From NCBI GenBank assembly GCA_009693335.1, contig SHXK01000003.1, positions 1-52,285 on the forward strand: DNA of 52,285 nucleotides. The letters are read 5' to 3'. Made by a program: the position numbers and the translations under genes. Shown piece after piece: positions 32,586-43,366 of this stretch. Source of the DNA: Betaproteobacteria bacterium. GTDB lineage: Bacteria; Pseudomonadota; Gammaproteobacteria; Burkholderiales; SG8-39. The notes below the pieces were generated by a model that saw nothing but the letters and a program-made list of their open reading frames with translations, made no database searches and was not told where the DNA came from. The stretch's first letter is position 1; every line of letters starts with the position of its first letter.

Positions 32586-33428
32586 TCAACGCAGTTTCTT
32601 CAACAACTGATCCAGGTGATCGAGTCCCGAATAGCTGACGACGATCGTGCCGCTGCCCTTGCGCCCCGGACGAATCTGGACCGTGGTTCCCAACTGCTGC
32701 GAGATTTCTTCCTCCAGTCGGGCCAGATCACGGTCTGTCTTTTGCTTGCGGTGGAGGGCCGGTCCACGCACTAAGCGCGCGGCCAGGGCTTCGCTTTCCC
32801 GCGCTGACAAACCCCGGGCGACAATGCGGTTCGCCGCCTCGATCTGGCGTGCACCCTCGAGGACCAGTAGCGCGCGCGCATGACCCATCTCCAGGACTCC
32901 CTGCATCAACATCGCCTGCACCGGCTTAGCAAGTTTCAGCAGGCGCAGCAGGTTGGTGGTGGCGCTGCGCGAGCGGCCAACCGCCTCGGCAGCCTGCTCG
33001 TGGGTCATGCGGAATTCTTCGATCAGGCGCTGCAAGCCGGTGGCTTCCTCGAGCGGGTTCAAATCCTCGCGCTGGATGTTCTCGATCAGCGACATGGCCA
33101 GCGCCGCATTGTCCTGCACCTCGCGCACCAGCACCGGCACCTCGGTGAGCCCCGCGAGCTGCGCGGCGCGCCAGCGGCGTTCGCCGGCGATCAGTTCGTA
33201 TTGCTTGTCACCCAGGGGCCGCACCAGCAGCGGCTGCATTAATCCCTGCGCCCGTATCGAGGCTGCGAGTTCGGCCAGCGCCTGCTGGTCCATCCGGGTG
33301 CGTGGCTGGTATTTGCCAGGCCGGATAGCCCCTACCGGCAAGGACGCCACAGCGTCCGTACGCGGTGCGTCGTCGTCGTCGCCGAGCAGAGCAGCGAGGC
33401 CGCGGCCAAGCCCCTTGGGTTTGCTCAT
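32586..33428 (-). CDS. parB: chromosome partitioning protein ParB
   Basis: GLGRGLAALL, ParB box LIENIQREDLNPLEEA, and an HTH region. ATGA overlap with parA. Confidence 0.95.
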   Translation of the reverse strand: MSKPKGLGRGLAALLGDDDDAPRTDAVASLPVGAIRPGKYQPRTRMDQQALAELAASIRAQGLMQPLLVRPLGDKQYELIAGERRWRAAQLAGLTEVPVLVREVQDNAALAMSLIENIQREDLNPLEEATGLQRLIEEFRMTHEQAAEAVGRSRSATTNLLRLLKLAKPVQAMLMQGVLEMGHARALLVLEGARQIEAANRIVARGLSARESEALAARLVRGPALHRKQKTDRDLARLEEEISQQLGTTVQIRPGRKGSGTIVVSYSGLDHLDQLLKKLR

Positions 33429-34186
33429 GAATACCCTCTGAGGATTTCCTCAGTTAGAGCGACGTATGCTTGAGCGCCTTTCGAGGTTTTATCCCAGATC
33501 ACCGCCGGGGCCCCGTAGCTCGGCGCTTCCGCCAAGCGCACGTTGCGCGGCACCAGGGTGCGATAAACCTTGTCGCCGAAGTGCTGTTCCAACTGCTGGG
33601 AAACCTGGTGTGCCAGCGTATTACGCGCATCGAACATAGTGCGCAGCAGACCGGCGATCTCGAGCCGTGGATTGAGATTAGCGCGCACCCGCTTGATGGT
33701 ACTGACCAGATCGGATAGCCCCTCCAGGGCGTAGTACTCGCACTGCATCGGGATCAGCACCTGCTCGGCGGACACGAAGGCATTCACCGTGAGCAAGCTG
33801 AGCGAGGGTGGGCAATCAATCAGGATGAAATCGTATTCTCCGGCCAGCCGGTCGAGCGCGTCGCGCAGCCGGCTTTCGCGATTCGGCAGTGACACCAGCT
33901 CCACCTCCGCGCCCGCCAGTTCGCGGTTGGCGGGAATGAGGTCGTAGCCGCTGTCCACGCGCATGCGTATGTTCGATACCTCCCCCAGCCCGAGCAGAAC
34001 GTGATAGATGGTGCGCTCCTGCTTAGTCTTGTTGACGCCGCTACCCGTGGTCGCGTTGCCCTGCGGATCCAGGTCCACCAGCAGCACGCGACGGCCGGAT
34101 TGCGCCATACCGGCCGCGAGATTGACGCTGGTGGTCGTCTTGCCGACGCCACCCTTTTGATTCGCGATCGCCAATATGCGCGCCAT
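33425..34186 (-). CDS. parA: chromosome partitioning ATPase ParA (Soj)
   Basis: Trimmed to MARILAIANQKGGVGKTTT (deviant Walker A). The ATG at 34186 is 2 nt after the rsmG stop. Confidence 0.93.
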   Translation of the reverse strand: MARILAIANQKGGVGKTTTSVNLAAGMAQSGRRVLLVDLDPQGNATTGSGVNKTKQERTIYHVLLGLGEVSNIRMRVDSGYDLIPANRELAGAEVELVSLPNRESRLRDALDRLAGEYDFILIDCPPSLSLLTVNAFVSAEQVLIPMQCEYYALEGLSDLVSTIKRVRANLNPRLEIAGLLRTMFDARNTLAHQVSQQLEQHFGDKVYRTLVPRNVRLAEAPSYGAPAVIWDKTSKGAQAYVALTEEILRGYS

Positions 34187-34188
34187 GC

Positions 34189-34821
34189 TCAGGAACCGAC
34201 CCGGCACAGCACCAGATGCCGCTCGGCCTCGAGCAGCGGCACTTTGAGACGCCTGACCTCGTGGCAATCGCAATCAGCCGGTACCTGCGCCAATTCGTCG
34301 CGCGGGTAAGCGCCTTTCATGGCGACGAGTACGCCCGAGGGCGCGGCAAGATGGCGGCAGTGGGCGAGGAAATCAACCAGGCTGGCAAAGGCGCGGGAAA
34401 TCACCACCGCGAAGCCCTCTGCGGGACGCCAATCCTCAGCGCGCCCTACATGCACCGTTGCATTGCTCAGCCCAAGTTCGATCACAGCCTGACGCAGGAA
34501 CGCCCCCTTCTTTTCGCTGGTGTCGTTCAGGGTAACGCGCCGGGCGGGTTCAGCGATCGCGATCGGAATGCCGGGCAGGCCCCCGCCCGAGCCAACGTCC
34601 ACCAGTGTTCCCCTGCACTCAGACAAATCATGCAGCACCGAGAGTGAATCCAGTAAGTGATGACTCACCGCTTGCAGCGGATTGCGGATTGCGGTGAGGT
34701 TATAGGTCTGGTTCCACTTCGCCAGTAATCCCAGATAAGCCATCAGTTTTTCGGACGCCCCCGACGGCAGCTCGAGTGCGAGTTCATCCAGCCCGCGCTC
34801 GAGAGCAACCTGTGGGGTCAT
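34189..34821 (-). CDS. rsmG: 16S rRNA (guanine527-N7)-methyltransferase
   Basis: [19 protein letters not shown] and [13 protein letters not shown] motifs. ATGA overlap with mnmG. Confidence 0.93.
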   Translation of the reverse strand: MTPQVALERGLDELALELPSGASEKLMAYLGLLAKWNQTYNLTAIRNPLQAVSHHLLDSLSVLHDLSECRGTLVDVGSGGGLPGIPIAIAEPARRVTLNDTSEKKGAFLRQAVIELGLSNATVHVGRAEDWRPAEGFAVVISRAFASLVDFLAHCRHLAAPSGVLVAMKGAYPRDELAQVPADCDCHEVRRLKVPLLEAERHLVLCRVGS

Positions 34822-36731
34822 GCTGTGTTCTTGTGTCGTTGATCCTGCTTGCCGGCCATGGCGCGGGCGCGCTTCAGATGCACCAGGAGTAGCGAGACCG
34901 CGGCAGGGGTTATTCCCGAAATGCGTGCGGCCTGGCCAATCGTTTGCGGTCGCTGACGCGACAAGGTTTGACGCACCTCGGTGGATAGGCCGCGCACTTG
35001 GGCGTAATCAAGGTCCAGTGGCAGGACTGTCGATTCCTGCCCCTCCCGCCGATTGACCTCCTCCTGCTGACGCACGATATAGCCCTGATATTTCGCCTGA
35101 ATTTCGACCTGATCGGCGACTACTTGATCCTGAATCCCCTTTCCGAATGCCGGTATTATAGAAAGCGAGTGATAACTTACATTTGGTCGACGCAAAAGTT
35201 CGTGCAGCGTATGCTCGCGTTCAATGGGCTGGCCCAGCACCTGTTCGGCAATCTCCGGCGACAAGGTACGCGGATTGACCCAGGTGGATTTCAAGCGCTC
35301 GGTTTCGAGGGCGATGGCATCCCGCTTGCGGCTGAATGCATCCCAGCGGGCGTCATCCACAAGGCCGAGCCGGCGTCCGATCTCCGTGAGCCTCAGGTCG
35401 GCGTTGTCCTCGCGCAGCATCAGACGATATTCGGCCCGGCTGGTGAACATGCGGTAAGGCTCTGTGACGCCGCGTGTGATGAGATCGTCTACCAGCACAC
35501 CCAGGTAAGCCTCGTCGCGGCGCGGGCACCAGGCTGGCTTGTCCTGCGCCTGCAAGCCTGCGTTCAGGCCGGCGAGCAGACCTTGAGCAGCCGCTTCTTC
35601 ATATCCGGTGGTGCCATTGATCTGGCCGGCCAAAAACAGCCCGGCGATGGTCTTAGTCTGCAACGAGGATTGCAGATTGCGTGGATCGAAATAGTCGTAC
35701 TCGATTGCGTAGCCGGGACGCAACAGGTGCGCGTTCTCCAGGCCGCGGATCGAACGCACCAACGCCAGCTGAACGTCGAAAGGCAAGCTGGTGGAAATGC
35801 CATTCGGGTAAATCTCGCTGGTGGTCAGTCCCTCGGGCTCGAGGAATATCTGATGCCCGGTCTTGCCCGCGAAGCGGTGGATCTTGTCCTCGATGGACGG
35901 GCAATAGCGCGGGCCGACGCCCTGGATGACGCCGGTGAACATCGGCGAGCGGTCGAGACCGCCACGGATGATTTCGTGGGTGCGTTCGTTGGTATGCGTA
36001 ACCCAGCACGGTAACTGCCGGGGATGCATGTCGCGCCGGCCGAGGAATGAGAACACCGGCTCGGGAACATCCCCCGACTGGGTTTCCATGACCGAAAAAT
36101 CGATCGTGTTACCGTCCAGCCGTGGGGGGGTACCCGTTTTCAGGCGACCGACCGGCAGCTTCATTTCCCGCAAGCGCGCCGCTAGGGTGATCGAGGCCGG
36201 GTCGCCCGCTCGTCCAGCTTGATAGTTCTGCAAGCCGACATGAACCAGACCGGATAGGAAGGTACCTGCGGTGAGCACGACAGTGCGGCCTCGGCAGCGC
36301 AGCCCGATCTGGGTCACCACGCCGACCACCCGATCGCCTTCGAGCAAAATATCTTCTACCGCTTGCTGGAACACTGTCAGGTTCGGCTGCTTTTCGAGAC
36401 GGCTACGGATGGCCTGTTTGTACAGCAGACGATCGGCCTGGGCCCGCGTGGCCCGCACGGCGGGCCCCTTGGAAGAGTTGAGCGTACGGAACTGGATTCC
36501 AGCTTCGTCGGTAGCGAGCGCCATTGCCCCGCCAAGGGCGTCCACTTCCTTTACCAGATGACCTTTACCTATCCCCCCGATGGAGGGATTGCACGACATC
36601 TGGCCGAGGGTCTCGATGCTGTGGGTGAGCAACAGCGTTTTACAGCCGAGGCGAGCCGCGGCGAGCGCAGCTTCGCACCCGGCATGGCCGCCGCCAATCA
36701 CAATTACGTCGAATTCAGTCGGAAATTGCAT
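34818..36731 (-). CDS. mnmG: tRNA uridine 5-carboxymethylaminomethyl modification enzyme MnmG (GidA)
   Basis: [23 protein letters not shown] motif and the conserved GidA core. Confidence 0.96.
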   Translation of the reverse strand: MQFPTEFDVIVIGGGHAGCEAALAAARLGCKTLLLTHSIETLGQMSCNPSIGGIGKGHLVKEVDALGGAMALATDEAGIQFRTLNSSKGPAVRATRAQADRLLYKQAIRSRLEKQPNLTVFQQAVEDILLEGDRVVGVVTQIGLRCRGRTVVLTAGTFLSGLVHVGLQNYQAGRAGDPASITLAARLREMKLPVGRLKTGTPPRLDGNTIDFSVMETQSGDVPEPVFSFLGRRDMHPRQLPCWVTHTNERTHEIIRGGLDRSPMFTGVIQGVGPRYCPSIEDKIHRFAGKTGHQIFLEPEGLTTSEIYPNGISTSLPFDVQLALVRSIRGLENAHLLRPGYAIEYDYFDPRNLQSSLQTKTIAGLFLAGQINGTTGYEEAAAQGLLAGLNAGLQAQDKPAWCPRRDEAYLGVLVDDLITRGVTEPYRMFTSRAEYRLMLREDNADLRLTEIGRRLGLVDDARWDAFSRKRDAIALETERLKSTWVNPRTLSPEIAEQVLGQPIEREHTLHELLRRPNVSYHSLSIIPAFGKGIQDQVVADQVEIQAKYQGYIVRQQEEVNRREGQESTVLPLDLDYAQVRGLSTEVRQTLSRQRPQTIGQAARISGITPAAVSLLLVHLKRARAMAGKQDQRHKNTA

Positions 36732-36764
36732 GGGGATGGCGCTGCGCGGCGAATGATACGTGAT

Positions 36765-36780
36765 TGTTCCACGTGAAACC
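36765..36780. other. parS: parS centromere-like site 1 (TGTTCCACGTGAAACC)
   Basis: 15 of 16 match to the canonical parS TGTTCCACGTGAAACA. Confidence 0.8.
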
Positions 36781-36802
36781 AGACGCCCGGACGCTAGGGT
36801 TT

Positions 36803-36818
36803 TGTTTCACGTGGAACA
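36803..36818. other. parS: parS centromere-like site 2 (TGTTTCACGTGGAACA)
   Basis: Exact reverse complement of the canonical parS TGTTCCACGTGAAACA (16 of 16). Confidence 0.85.
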
Positions 36819-36907
36819 ATTGATTCTAGCGCAATGCTGCGTCGCAGCATAGGAGGTTGGTGTGAGACAATTCGACCCCCTCTAGTCGCACCCGGTCCGG
36901 CACTTCC

Positions 36908-38119
36908 GTGATCTCACTTGCCCGCTATTCGGCCCTGCTGATGCAGCCGGCCCTGCGCTCGACGATCGTCGCCTCCGCACTCGGGCGCTTGCCGATCGGC
37001 ATCACGGGCCTGGCGATCTTGATGCTGGCGCAGGACAGGACCGGGTCTTACGGCAGCGCTGGGGTAATCGCGGCCTGCTATGTGGCCGGCCTGGCCTGCG
37101 TGGCGCCAGTGCTGGGCCGTTTGATCGACCTCTACGGTCCCAGGCCGACGCTGCTTTGCTGCGCGCTCGCTTTTCCCTCCGCCCTAACGGCCCTGGTGGT
37201 GGCATTGTCCACGCCGGCCCCGCTGTGGCTCGCGTACACACTGGCCGCAGCTGCAGGCGCCTGCTTTCCGCCGATCACAGTGTGCATGCGAACCTTTTTC
37301 AAGCAGCGCTTGAAGGAGAATGCGCTGCTTGCCACGGCTTATTCGCTGGAGTCGGTGCTGATCGAACTGATCTTCATACTCGGCCCGGTGCTGGTGGCGA
37401 TATTCGTTGCCCTCGCTACGCCCGCGGCCGCGGTGCTGTTCGCCGCTGCCTGCGGCTGTGCGGGCACCTTGCTCTTCCAGCACTCGCCAGCGCTACGGCA
37501 ATGGCCAATAGCAGAGCGCTCGCCCCTCGGCTCCCTCAGCCAGCCGTATGGCCGCGCTAGCTTGTTCGGGCCGCTTGTGGAACCCGGTTTCGTGCCGCTG
37601 CTGGCCGTGATCGTCTGCTATGCGTCCGCCTTCGGCCTGGTGGAGATCGGCACCATCGCTTACGCCACTGAAGCGCACGGCCCAGCGCTCGCCGGGGTAC
37701 TGCTCGGCATCATGAGCATCGGCAGCGCAGCCGGCGGCCTGGTTTACGGCAGCCGCAGTTGGCGCCTGCCGCTGGCGCGACAATTTCCCATCATGCTGGG
37801 GTTGATGGGTTTGGGCGTAGCGCCCCTGGCGCTGTGGTCACCGGTATGGGCATTTGGCCTCTGGTGCCTGCCTGCGGGCGTGGCGATGGCGCCCGCGCTG
37901 ATCATGCAGTCGATGCTGGTGGCGGGAAACTCCCGGCCTGAGCACTCGACCGAGGCGTTCACCTGGTCGACGACCGGACTACTCGCCGGGGTTGGCCTTG
38001 GACTGACGGGAGGCGGCGCCTTGCTCGAGTACGCGCGCTCGCCAGCGGTATTCGCCGCAGCGGCCGCGATATCGCTGGCGGCTGGAGCGCTGGCCCTGCG
38101 GCTGGTGAATAAAGTCTAA
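36908..38119 (+). CDS. MFS transporter (403 aa, about 12 TM segments)
   Basis: Hydrophobic repeat architecture with a G-rich loop between TM2 and TM3 ([11 protein letters not shown]). GTG start. Substrate unknown. Confidence 0.75.
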   Translation: MISLARYSALLMQPALRSTIVASALGRLPIGITGLAILMLAQDRTGSYGSAGVIAACYVAGLACVAPVLGRLIDLYGPRPTLLCCALAFPSALTALVVALSTPAPLWLAYTLAAAAGACFPPITVCMRTFFKQRLKENALLATAYSLESVLIELIFILGPVLVAIFVALATPAAAVLFAAACGCAGTLLFQHSPALRQWPIAERSPLGSLSQPYGRASLFGPLVEPGFVPLLAVIVCYASAFGLVEIGTIAYATEAHGPALAGVLLGIMSIGSAAGGLVYGSRSWRLPLARQFPIMLGLMGLGVAPLALWSPVWAFGLWCLPAGVAMAPALIMQSMLVAGNSRPEHSTEAFTWSTTGLLAGVGLGLTGGGALLEYARSPAVFAAAAAISLAAGALALRLVNKV

Positions 38120-39960
38120 GCGGCGAGCTTCTGATGCAGGCTGCCGCGGCGCACTTCCAGGTCCGCCGGCAGGTGGCCGGCGAGCTTGCTGAAGAGTTCG
38201 TCGTGCCACTTCAACTCCTCACCCCAGGCTTGTTGATCCACGCGCGAGATCTCTTCGTAACGCGCGCGATCAAACCGTTCCAGCCCCGACCAATCGAGAT
38301 CTTGGTAGCGTGGCATCACGCCCAGCACTGTTTCCACGCCTTGGGCGCGGCCGGCACAACGCTCAACGATCCACTTCAGCACGCGCATGTTCTCGGAGAA
38401 GCCGGGCCAGACAAATTTGCCGTTCGCATCCTTTCTAAACCAGTTGACGCGAAAAATTCGCGGCGGGCGAGACACTGCCTTGCCGACCTTCAGCCAGTGC
38501 GAGAAATAGTCGCCCATGTGATAACCGCAGAAAGCGAGCATCGCCATCGGATCGCGCCGCACCACGCCGACCTTGCCGGTGATCGCGGCCGTGGTCTCCG
38601 AACCCAGCGTGGCCCCCATATAAACGCCATCCTCCCAGCTCGGCGCCTCGACCACCAGGGGCACAGTCGAAGAGCGCCGACCGCCGAATAGGAACGCCGA
38701 AATCGGTACCCCCTTGGGATCTTCCCAGCGCGCGTCCATCGAGGGACACTGCGAAGCTGCAACCGTGAAGCGTGCGTTCGGATGCGCCGCCTTGCGGCCC
38801 ACGCCCTCCTCCGGCGTCCAGTCCTGGCCTTGCCAGTCGATCAGCCGCGCGGGCGGCTCCCGGGTCATGTCCTCCCACCACACGTCGCCGTCGGGCGTCA
38901 ACGCCACGTTGGTGAAAATGACGTTGGCGCGCAGGGTTTTCATGGCGTTCGGATTGGTTGCCTCCGAAGTGCCGGGCGCCACCCCGAACAGGCCTGCCTC
39001 CGGATTGATAGCGTAGAAACGGCCATCGGCGCCCGGTTTGATCCAGGCGATATCCTCGCCGATGGTAGTTACTTTCCAACCGGCAAAAGCCGCCGGCGGA
39101 ATCAGCATCGCGAAGTTGGTTTTACCGCAAGCGCTCGGAAACGCCGCCGACACATAGTGCTTCTCGCCCTGCGGGGATTCGAGCCCAAGGATCAGCATGT
39201 GCTCCGCGAGCCAGCCTTCGTCGCGCGCCATGACGGAAGCGATGCGCAACGCCAGGCACTTCTTGCCCAGCAGCGCGTTGCCGCCGTAGCCAGAGCCGAA
39301 CGACCAGATCTCCCGGGTCTCGGGAAAATGGACGATCCACTTTTCCTTCTCGTTGCACGGCCAGGCGACATCCTTCGCCCCGGGCGCCAACGGCGCACCT
39401 ACCGAATGCACGCAGGGAACGAAAGCACCATCCGCGCCGAGATGCTCAATCACCGCGCGGCCCATGCGCGTCATCAGCTTCATGTTGACCACCACGTAAG
39501 CCGAGTCGGAGAGCTCGACGCCGATCTGCGCTATGTGGGAACCAATGGGGCCCATGGAAAACGGCACCACGTAAAGCGTGCGTCCGCGCATGCAGCCATC
39601 GAATAAGCGCCCAAGCGTGGTACGCATCTCGGCTGGGTCTACCCAGTTGTTGGTCGGCCCGGCGTCATCCTTGCGGGTGGAACAGATGAAGGTGCGGTCT
39701 TCCATACGCGCCACATCCGTAGGATGCGAGCGTGCGAGGTAGCTCCCCGGGCGCAGCTTCTCGTTCAGTTTGATAAAAGTGCCGCCTGCCACCAACTCAG
39801 CACACAAGCGGTCGTACTCAGCCTGCGAGCCGTCGCACCAGACCACCCGCTCGGGCTTGGCCAAGCGCGCCATTTCAGCCACCCACTCGCGCAGCTTGCG
39901 GTGGCGGACCCAGTCTGGGACTGCGGACAAATCGGCCTGGGGAGAACAGCGGTCGTTCAT
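38116..39960 (-). CDS. pckG: phosphoenolpyruvate carboxykinase (GTP)
   Basis: FPSACGKTN kinase-1a motif and GTP-PEPCK-wide conservation. The ATG at 39960 has GGAG 9 nt upstream; the track start at 39963 is a TTG. Confidence 0.93.
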   Translation of the reverse strand: MNDRCSPQADLSAVPDWVRHRKLREWVAEMARLAKPERVVWCDGSQAEYDRLCAELVAGGTFIKLNEKLRPGSYLARSHPTDVARMEDRTFICSTRKDDAGPTNNWVDPAEMRTTLGRLFDGCMRGRTLYVVPFSMGPIGSHIAQIGVELSDSAYVVVNMKLMTRMGRAVIEHLGADGAFVPCVHSVGAPLAPGAKDVAWPCNEKEKWIVHFPETREIWSFGSGYGGNALLGKKCLALRIASVMARDEGWLAEHMLILGLESPQGEKHYVSAAFPSACGKTNFAMLIPPAAFAGWKVTTIGEDIAWIKPGADGRFYAINPEAGLFGVAPGTSEATNPNAMKTLRANVIFTNVALTPDGDVWWEDMTREPPARLIDWQGQDWTPEEGVGRKAAHPNARFTVAASQCPSMDARWEDPKGVPISAFLFGGRRSSTVPLVVEAPSWEDGVYMGATLGSETTAAITGKVGVVRRDPMAMLAFCGYHMGDYFSHWLKVGKAVSRPPRIFRVNWFRKDANGKFVWPGFSENMRVLKWIVERCAGRAQGVETVLGVMPRYQDLDWSGLERFDRARYEEISRVDQQAWGEELKWHDELFSKLAGHLPADLEVRRGSLHQKLAA

Positions 39961-39973
39961 CAAGGGTGCTCCT

Positions 39974-40008
39974 GAAAACGAAACGGCCCTAGGACAACAC
40001 TCGGGCCG
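39974..40008 (-). terminator. terminator-like hairpin plus T-run in the mnmE-pckG spacer
   Basis: Minus strand reads CGGCCC-N13-GGGCCG followed by TTTCGTTTTC, ending about 13 nt before the pckG ATG. The stem is weak (6 bp) and the loop long. Confidence 0.35.
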
Positions 40009-40114
40009 ATGGAATTCTCTAGGCGGCAGATTTTACCGCGCCTCGCGGGCACCCGCTGGGAGTGTAAATTTCCATTAAATATCAAAATGATAGTCAATAA
40101 CAGGGACGCGCCAC

Positions 40115-41443
40115 TTATTTGCCGATGCAGAAGCGGGCGAAGATCTCTCCCAGCAAATCATCGGCGCTGAGGCGACCCGTGATCTCGCCTAGCGCCTCCT
40201 GTGCGAGGCGCAGCTCCTCCGCGAAGAACTCCCATTGGGCAACCTGCAAAACAGCCGCGTCCAGGTGGGTGCGCGCCGTCGCCAGTGCGCGCAGATGCCG
40301 CTCGCGCGCCAGGAACACGGTTTCACCACGTGAACTCCAGCCTGCCGCTTCCAACACTGCCGCGCGCAGCGCCTCGAGCCCGGCGCCGGTCTTCGCTGAT
40401 ACGTAGACCTCGTTGCCCTGCCTGCCAGCCACGGCGCCTGGAACCAGATCGACCTTATTGACAACATTGATCTTTGTCGCCGCCTCGGGCAGCGGTCCTT
40501 GCGGCGCTTCCAGCTTGCCGGCTTCGAGAATCACCAGCACCACATCGGCGCGCGCCATTTCCTGACGGGTTCGCGCCATGCCGAGTTGCTCGACTTCATC
40601 TTGCGACTCGCGCAGCCCCGCGGTATCCACCACCACGATCGGCACGCCCTCGATCTGGATCGATTCGCGCAGCGCATCGCGCGTGGTCCCGGGCACCGCC
40701 GTGACGATCGCCCGTTCCGCGCCCGCCAGTCGGTTGAGCAGGCTCGACTTACCGACATTGGGCCGGCCCGCGAGAACCACGTGGATGCCGGTGCGCAACA
40801 GGCTTCCCTGCCGGCTTTTCACCAGCACCTCCTCAAGTGCGGCGCGCAGCTGTGCAAGGCGGCGACTGGCGTCATCGCGATGCAAAGAGTCCACCTCCTC
40901 GTCCGGGAAATCGAGCATCGCCTCGGTAAGCGCCCGCAATTCGGTCAGTCCCGCGACCAGGCCCGCGATGACTGCGGAGAAATCACCGCCGAGCGATCGC
41001 AAAGCCGAACGCGCCGCCTCGCGGCTCGCGGCATCGATCAGGTCGGCCACTGCTTCGGCCTGCGCCAAGTCGAGCCTACCGTTGAGAAACGCGCGCCGGG
41101 TGAATTCTCCCGGCCCGGCAAGACGGGCGCCGGCGTCGAGCACCGCCCCGAGCACCAAATGCGTGACTACCGGTCCGCCATGCCCCTGTAATTCGAGAAC
41201 TTCGTCACCGGTATAGGAATGCGGCGCTTGAAAATACAAGGCCACGCCCTCATCCACGCGCTCGCCTTGCGCGTCACGAAAAGAACGCAAAACCGCCTTT
41301 CTGGATTCCGGCAGCCCCCCGATCAGCGCCCGCGCGATCTCCGGGACCTTCGGGCCAGCCACTCGAACGATGCCAATGCCGCCACGACCGGCCGGGGTGG
41401 CTACAGCAGCGATGGTATCCGGGATACTCTCACCGCTTGGCAT
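40115..41443 (-). CDS. mnmE: tRNA modification GTPase MnmE (TrmE)
   Basis: DTIAAVATPAGRGGIGIVRV, G-domain GRPNVGKSSLLN / DTAGLR, and C-terminal CIGK. Confidence 0.95.
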   Translation of the reverse strand: MPSGESIPDTIAAVATPAGRGGIGIVRVAGPKVPEIARALIGGLPESRKAVLRSFRDAQGERVDEGVALYFQAPHSYTGDEVLELQGHGGPVVTHLVLGAVLDAGARLAGPGEFTRRAFLNGRLDLAQAEAVADLIDAASREAARSALRSLGGDFSAVIAGLVAGLTELRALTEAMLDFPDEEVDSLHRDDASRRLAQLRAALEEVLVKSRQGSLLRTGIHVVLAGRPNVGKSSLLNRLAGAERAIVTAVPGTTRDALRESIQIEGVPIVVVDTAGLRESQDEVEQLGMARTRQEMARADVVLVILEAGKLEAPQGPLPEAATKINVVNKVDLVPGAVAGRQGNEVYVSAKTGAGLEALRAAVLEAAGWSSRGETVFLARERHLRALATARTHLDAAVLQVAQWEFFAEELRLAQEALGEITGRLSADDLLGEIFARFCIGK

Positions 41444-43091
41444 GGGCAGGTTTGTCGCGGTCGAACATGCGCTGGATCTGCCATTGCTGAAGGATGGAAA
41501 GAATATTGTTGACCAGCCAGTACAACACCAGCCCAGCCGGGAAGAAAAAGAAAAATATGCTGAAGATGAATGGCATGTACTTCATCACCTGCGCTTGCAC
41601 CGGATCTGGCGGCACCGGATTAAGGCGCGTCTGGATGACCATCGTCAGGGTCATCAACACCGGCAATACGTAGTACGGGTCCAGCGCCGACAGGTCCTGG
41701 ATCCAGAGCATGAACGGCGCGTGGCGCAATTCGATCGCGGCCAGCAGCACCCAGTAAAGCGCGATGAACACCGGTATCTGGACCAGGATCGGGAAGCAGC
41801 CGCCCAGCGGATTGATCTTCTCGGTCTTGTAGAGCTCCATCATCGCCTGGTTCATCTTGGCGCGGTCGTCGCCGTACATCTCCCGGATCTTGGTCATGCG
41901 CGGGGTGACCAGTTTCATCTTCGCCATCGACTTGTAGCTGGCGGCGGAAAGCGGGAAAAAGACCAGCTTGATCAGCACGGTCAACAGGACGATCGCCACG
42001 CCCCAGTTACTGCTCAGTCCGTGGAATTTCTCCAGCAGCCAAAACAGCGGCCAGGCGATGATCGTCAGCCAGCCGTAATCGACCACCAGATCGAAGCCAG
42101 GAGCAACCTCCGCCAAGCGGTTCTGTTCCTGGGGCCCGACGTAAAGCGGCACCGACACGGTAGCGCTGGCGCCGGGAGCGATCGCACCGGCAGGGATCAG
42201 CGCACGACCCGCATAGGTGCCGTCGGCGCGTTTTTCGACTGCATACTCGCGTGCGACCTTGGCCGCCGGCAGCCAAGCGGCGACAAAGTAGTGCTGCACG
42301 TAGGCGAGCCAGCCATTGTTACTTTGTTTGAGGAAATCCGTCTTGCCCTTGTCGATATCGGTCAGTTGCGCTTTCTCGAACTTCTTCTCTTCGCTATAGA
42401 CCGCATAGCCGTTAAAGCTCTGCGCGCCGAAGGTCGAAGCCACTGCGTTGGCGTCCGCCGAGGACTTGCCGTCATGGGTGAGCTGAAAATAAGCATACGG
42501 CGTCAGCGCTACGGCGCTGCTATTGCTGATCTCCAGCGCGACGTCGATCACGTAGCTATCGCGCTTGAAGCGGTAAATCTTGGTTACCGAAAGGCCCTCT
42601 TTCCCCTGCGCACTGAGCCGCACCTCAACCGTCTCTTGACCGTCCAGCAAGGTGGTATTCCCCGGCAGTACGCTCCAGAGGGTGCGGTGATTCGGTCCAC
42701 CCTCGCCGGTCAGTCCGCTTTGCGCCTCATAGCGATGTTCGGGCCCCAGCAGGACCAGATTCCTGGCTGAACCCTTAGCGTCTTTGTGCTTCAGAAGCTC
42801 GACCTGCCTCAGCGTAGCCCCAAGCGTGTCGATCTCGGCAATCATCAGGTCGGTACGCACCACGATGGCTGCGCTTTTCGCCTCTGGCGCGGCGGCGCCG
42901 GGAACGCTGCCATTAGCGGCGGGCGCTGGCAACGCGGCACTAGCGGACTTGCTCGCCGGCGTAGGCACCGTAGTCGTCGACACTTGCGCCTGCGGCGCTG
43001 GCTTCGGTCGATGCTCTTTTTCCCAGGCATCCCACAGCATCAGCAGCGAGAAACCGAAGATAAAAAAGAGTATCAGGCGCTGGGTATCCAT
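41430..43091 (-). CDS. yidC: membrane protein insertase YidC
   Basis: 553 aa with N-terminal TM segment, large periplasmic domain, and conserved C-terminal 5-TM core (...PLGGCFPILVQIPVFIALY...). Confidence 0.95.
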   Translation of the reverse strand: MDTQRLILFFIFGFSLLMLWDAWEKEHRPKPAPQAQVSTTTVPTPASKSASAALPAPAANGSVPGAAAPEAKSAAIVVRTDLMIAEIDTLGATLRQVELLKHKDAKGSARNLVLLGPEHRYEAQSGLTGEGGPNHRTLWSVLPGNTTLLDGQETVEVRLSAQGKEGLSVTKIYRFKRDSYVIDVALEISNSSAVALTPYAYFQLTHDGKSSADANAVASTFGAQSFNGYAVYSEEKKFEKAQLTDIDKGKTDFLKQSNNGWLAYVQHYFVAAWLPAAKVAREYAVEKRADGTYAGRALIPAGAIAPGASATVSVPLYVGPQEQNRLAEVAPGFDLVVDYGWLTIIAWPLFWLLEKFHGLSSNWGVAIVLLTVLIKLVFFPLSAASYKSMAKMKLVTPRMTKIREMYGDDRAKMNQAMMELYKTEKINPLGGCFPILVQIPVFIALYWVLLAAIELRHAPFMLWIQDLSALDPYYVLPVLMTLTMVIQTRLNPVPPDPVQAQVMKYMPFIFSIFFFFFPAGLVLYWLVNNILSILQQWQIQRMFDRDKPAHAKR

Positions 43092-43366
43092 TATTGATGT
43101 CCTTGCAATGTCCCGCGCGCAGTAGATTTCACAGCAGTCTTCACATCCGGCACCAGATCAAGGCCACCTGCGTGCCATGGCCCACAGCGACAGAGTCGGC
43201 CAGCCGTCATCCATCCCCCGCGCCAGGCGCCGTGATCCAGCAGCGCCTGTTCGGCATAGGCCGAGCAGTTCGGATGGAACCGGCAGGCCGGTGGCAGCAG
43301 GGGACTGATGAAATATTGGTAGGCGCGAACCAACATCCACAGCAGGTCCTTCGGTGTCACGCTCAT
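43091..43366 (-). CDS. yidD: membrane protein insertion efficiency factor YidD
   Basis: YQYFISPLLPPACRFHPNCSAYA motif. ATGA overlap with the rnpA stop. Confidence 0.9.
   Translation of the reverse strand: MSVTPKDLLWMLVRAYQYFISPLLPPACRFHPNCSAYAEQALLDHGAWRGGWMTAGRLCRCGPWHAGGLDLVPDVKTAVKSTARGTLQGHQ

Noticed and set aside
34998-36014. 338-aa plus-strand ORF
   Set aside because: It is antisense to mnmG, with shadow-frame composition.
36732-36907. mnmG (gidA)-upstream spacer as oriC, by analogy with E. coli gidA-oriC-mioC
   Set aside because: It has no cluster of DnaA boxes and no AT-rich unwinding region. The CCAC-containing repeats are parS sites (TGTTCCACGTGAAAC), not TTATCCACA boxes.
41370-42770. 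466-aa plus-strand ORF
   Set aside because: It is antisense to yidC, with shadow-frame composition and no motifs.
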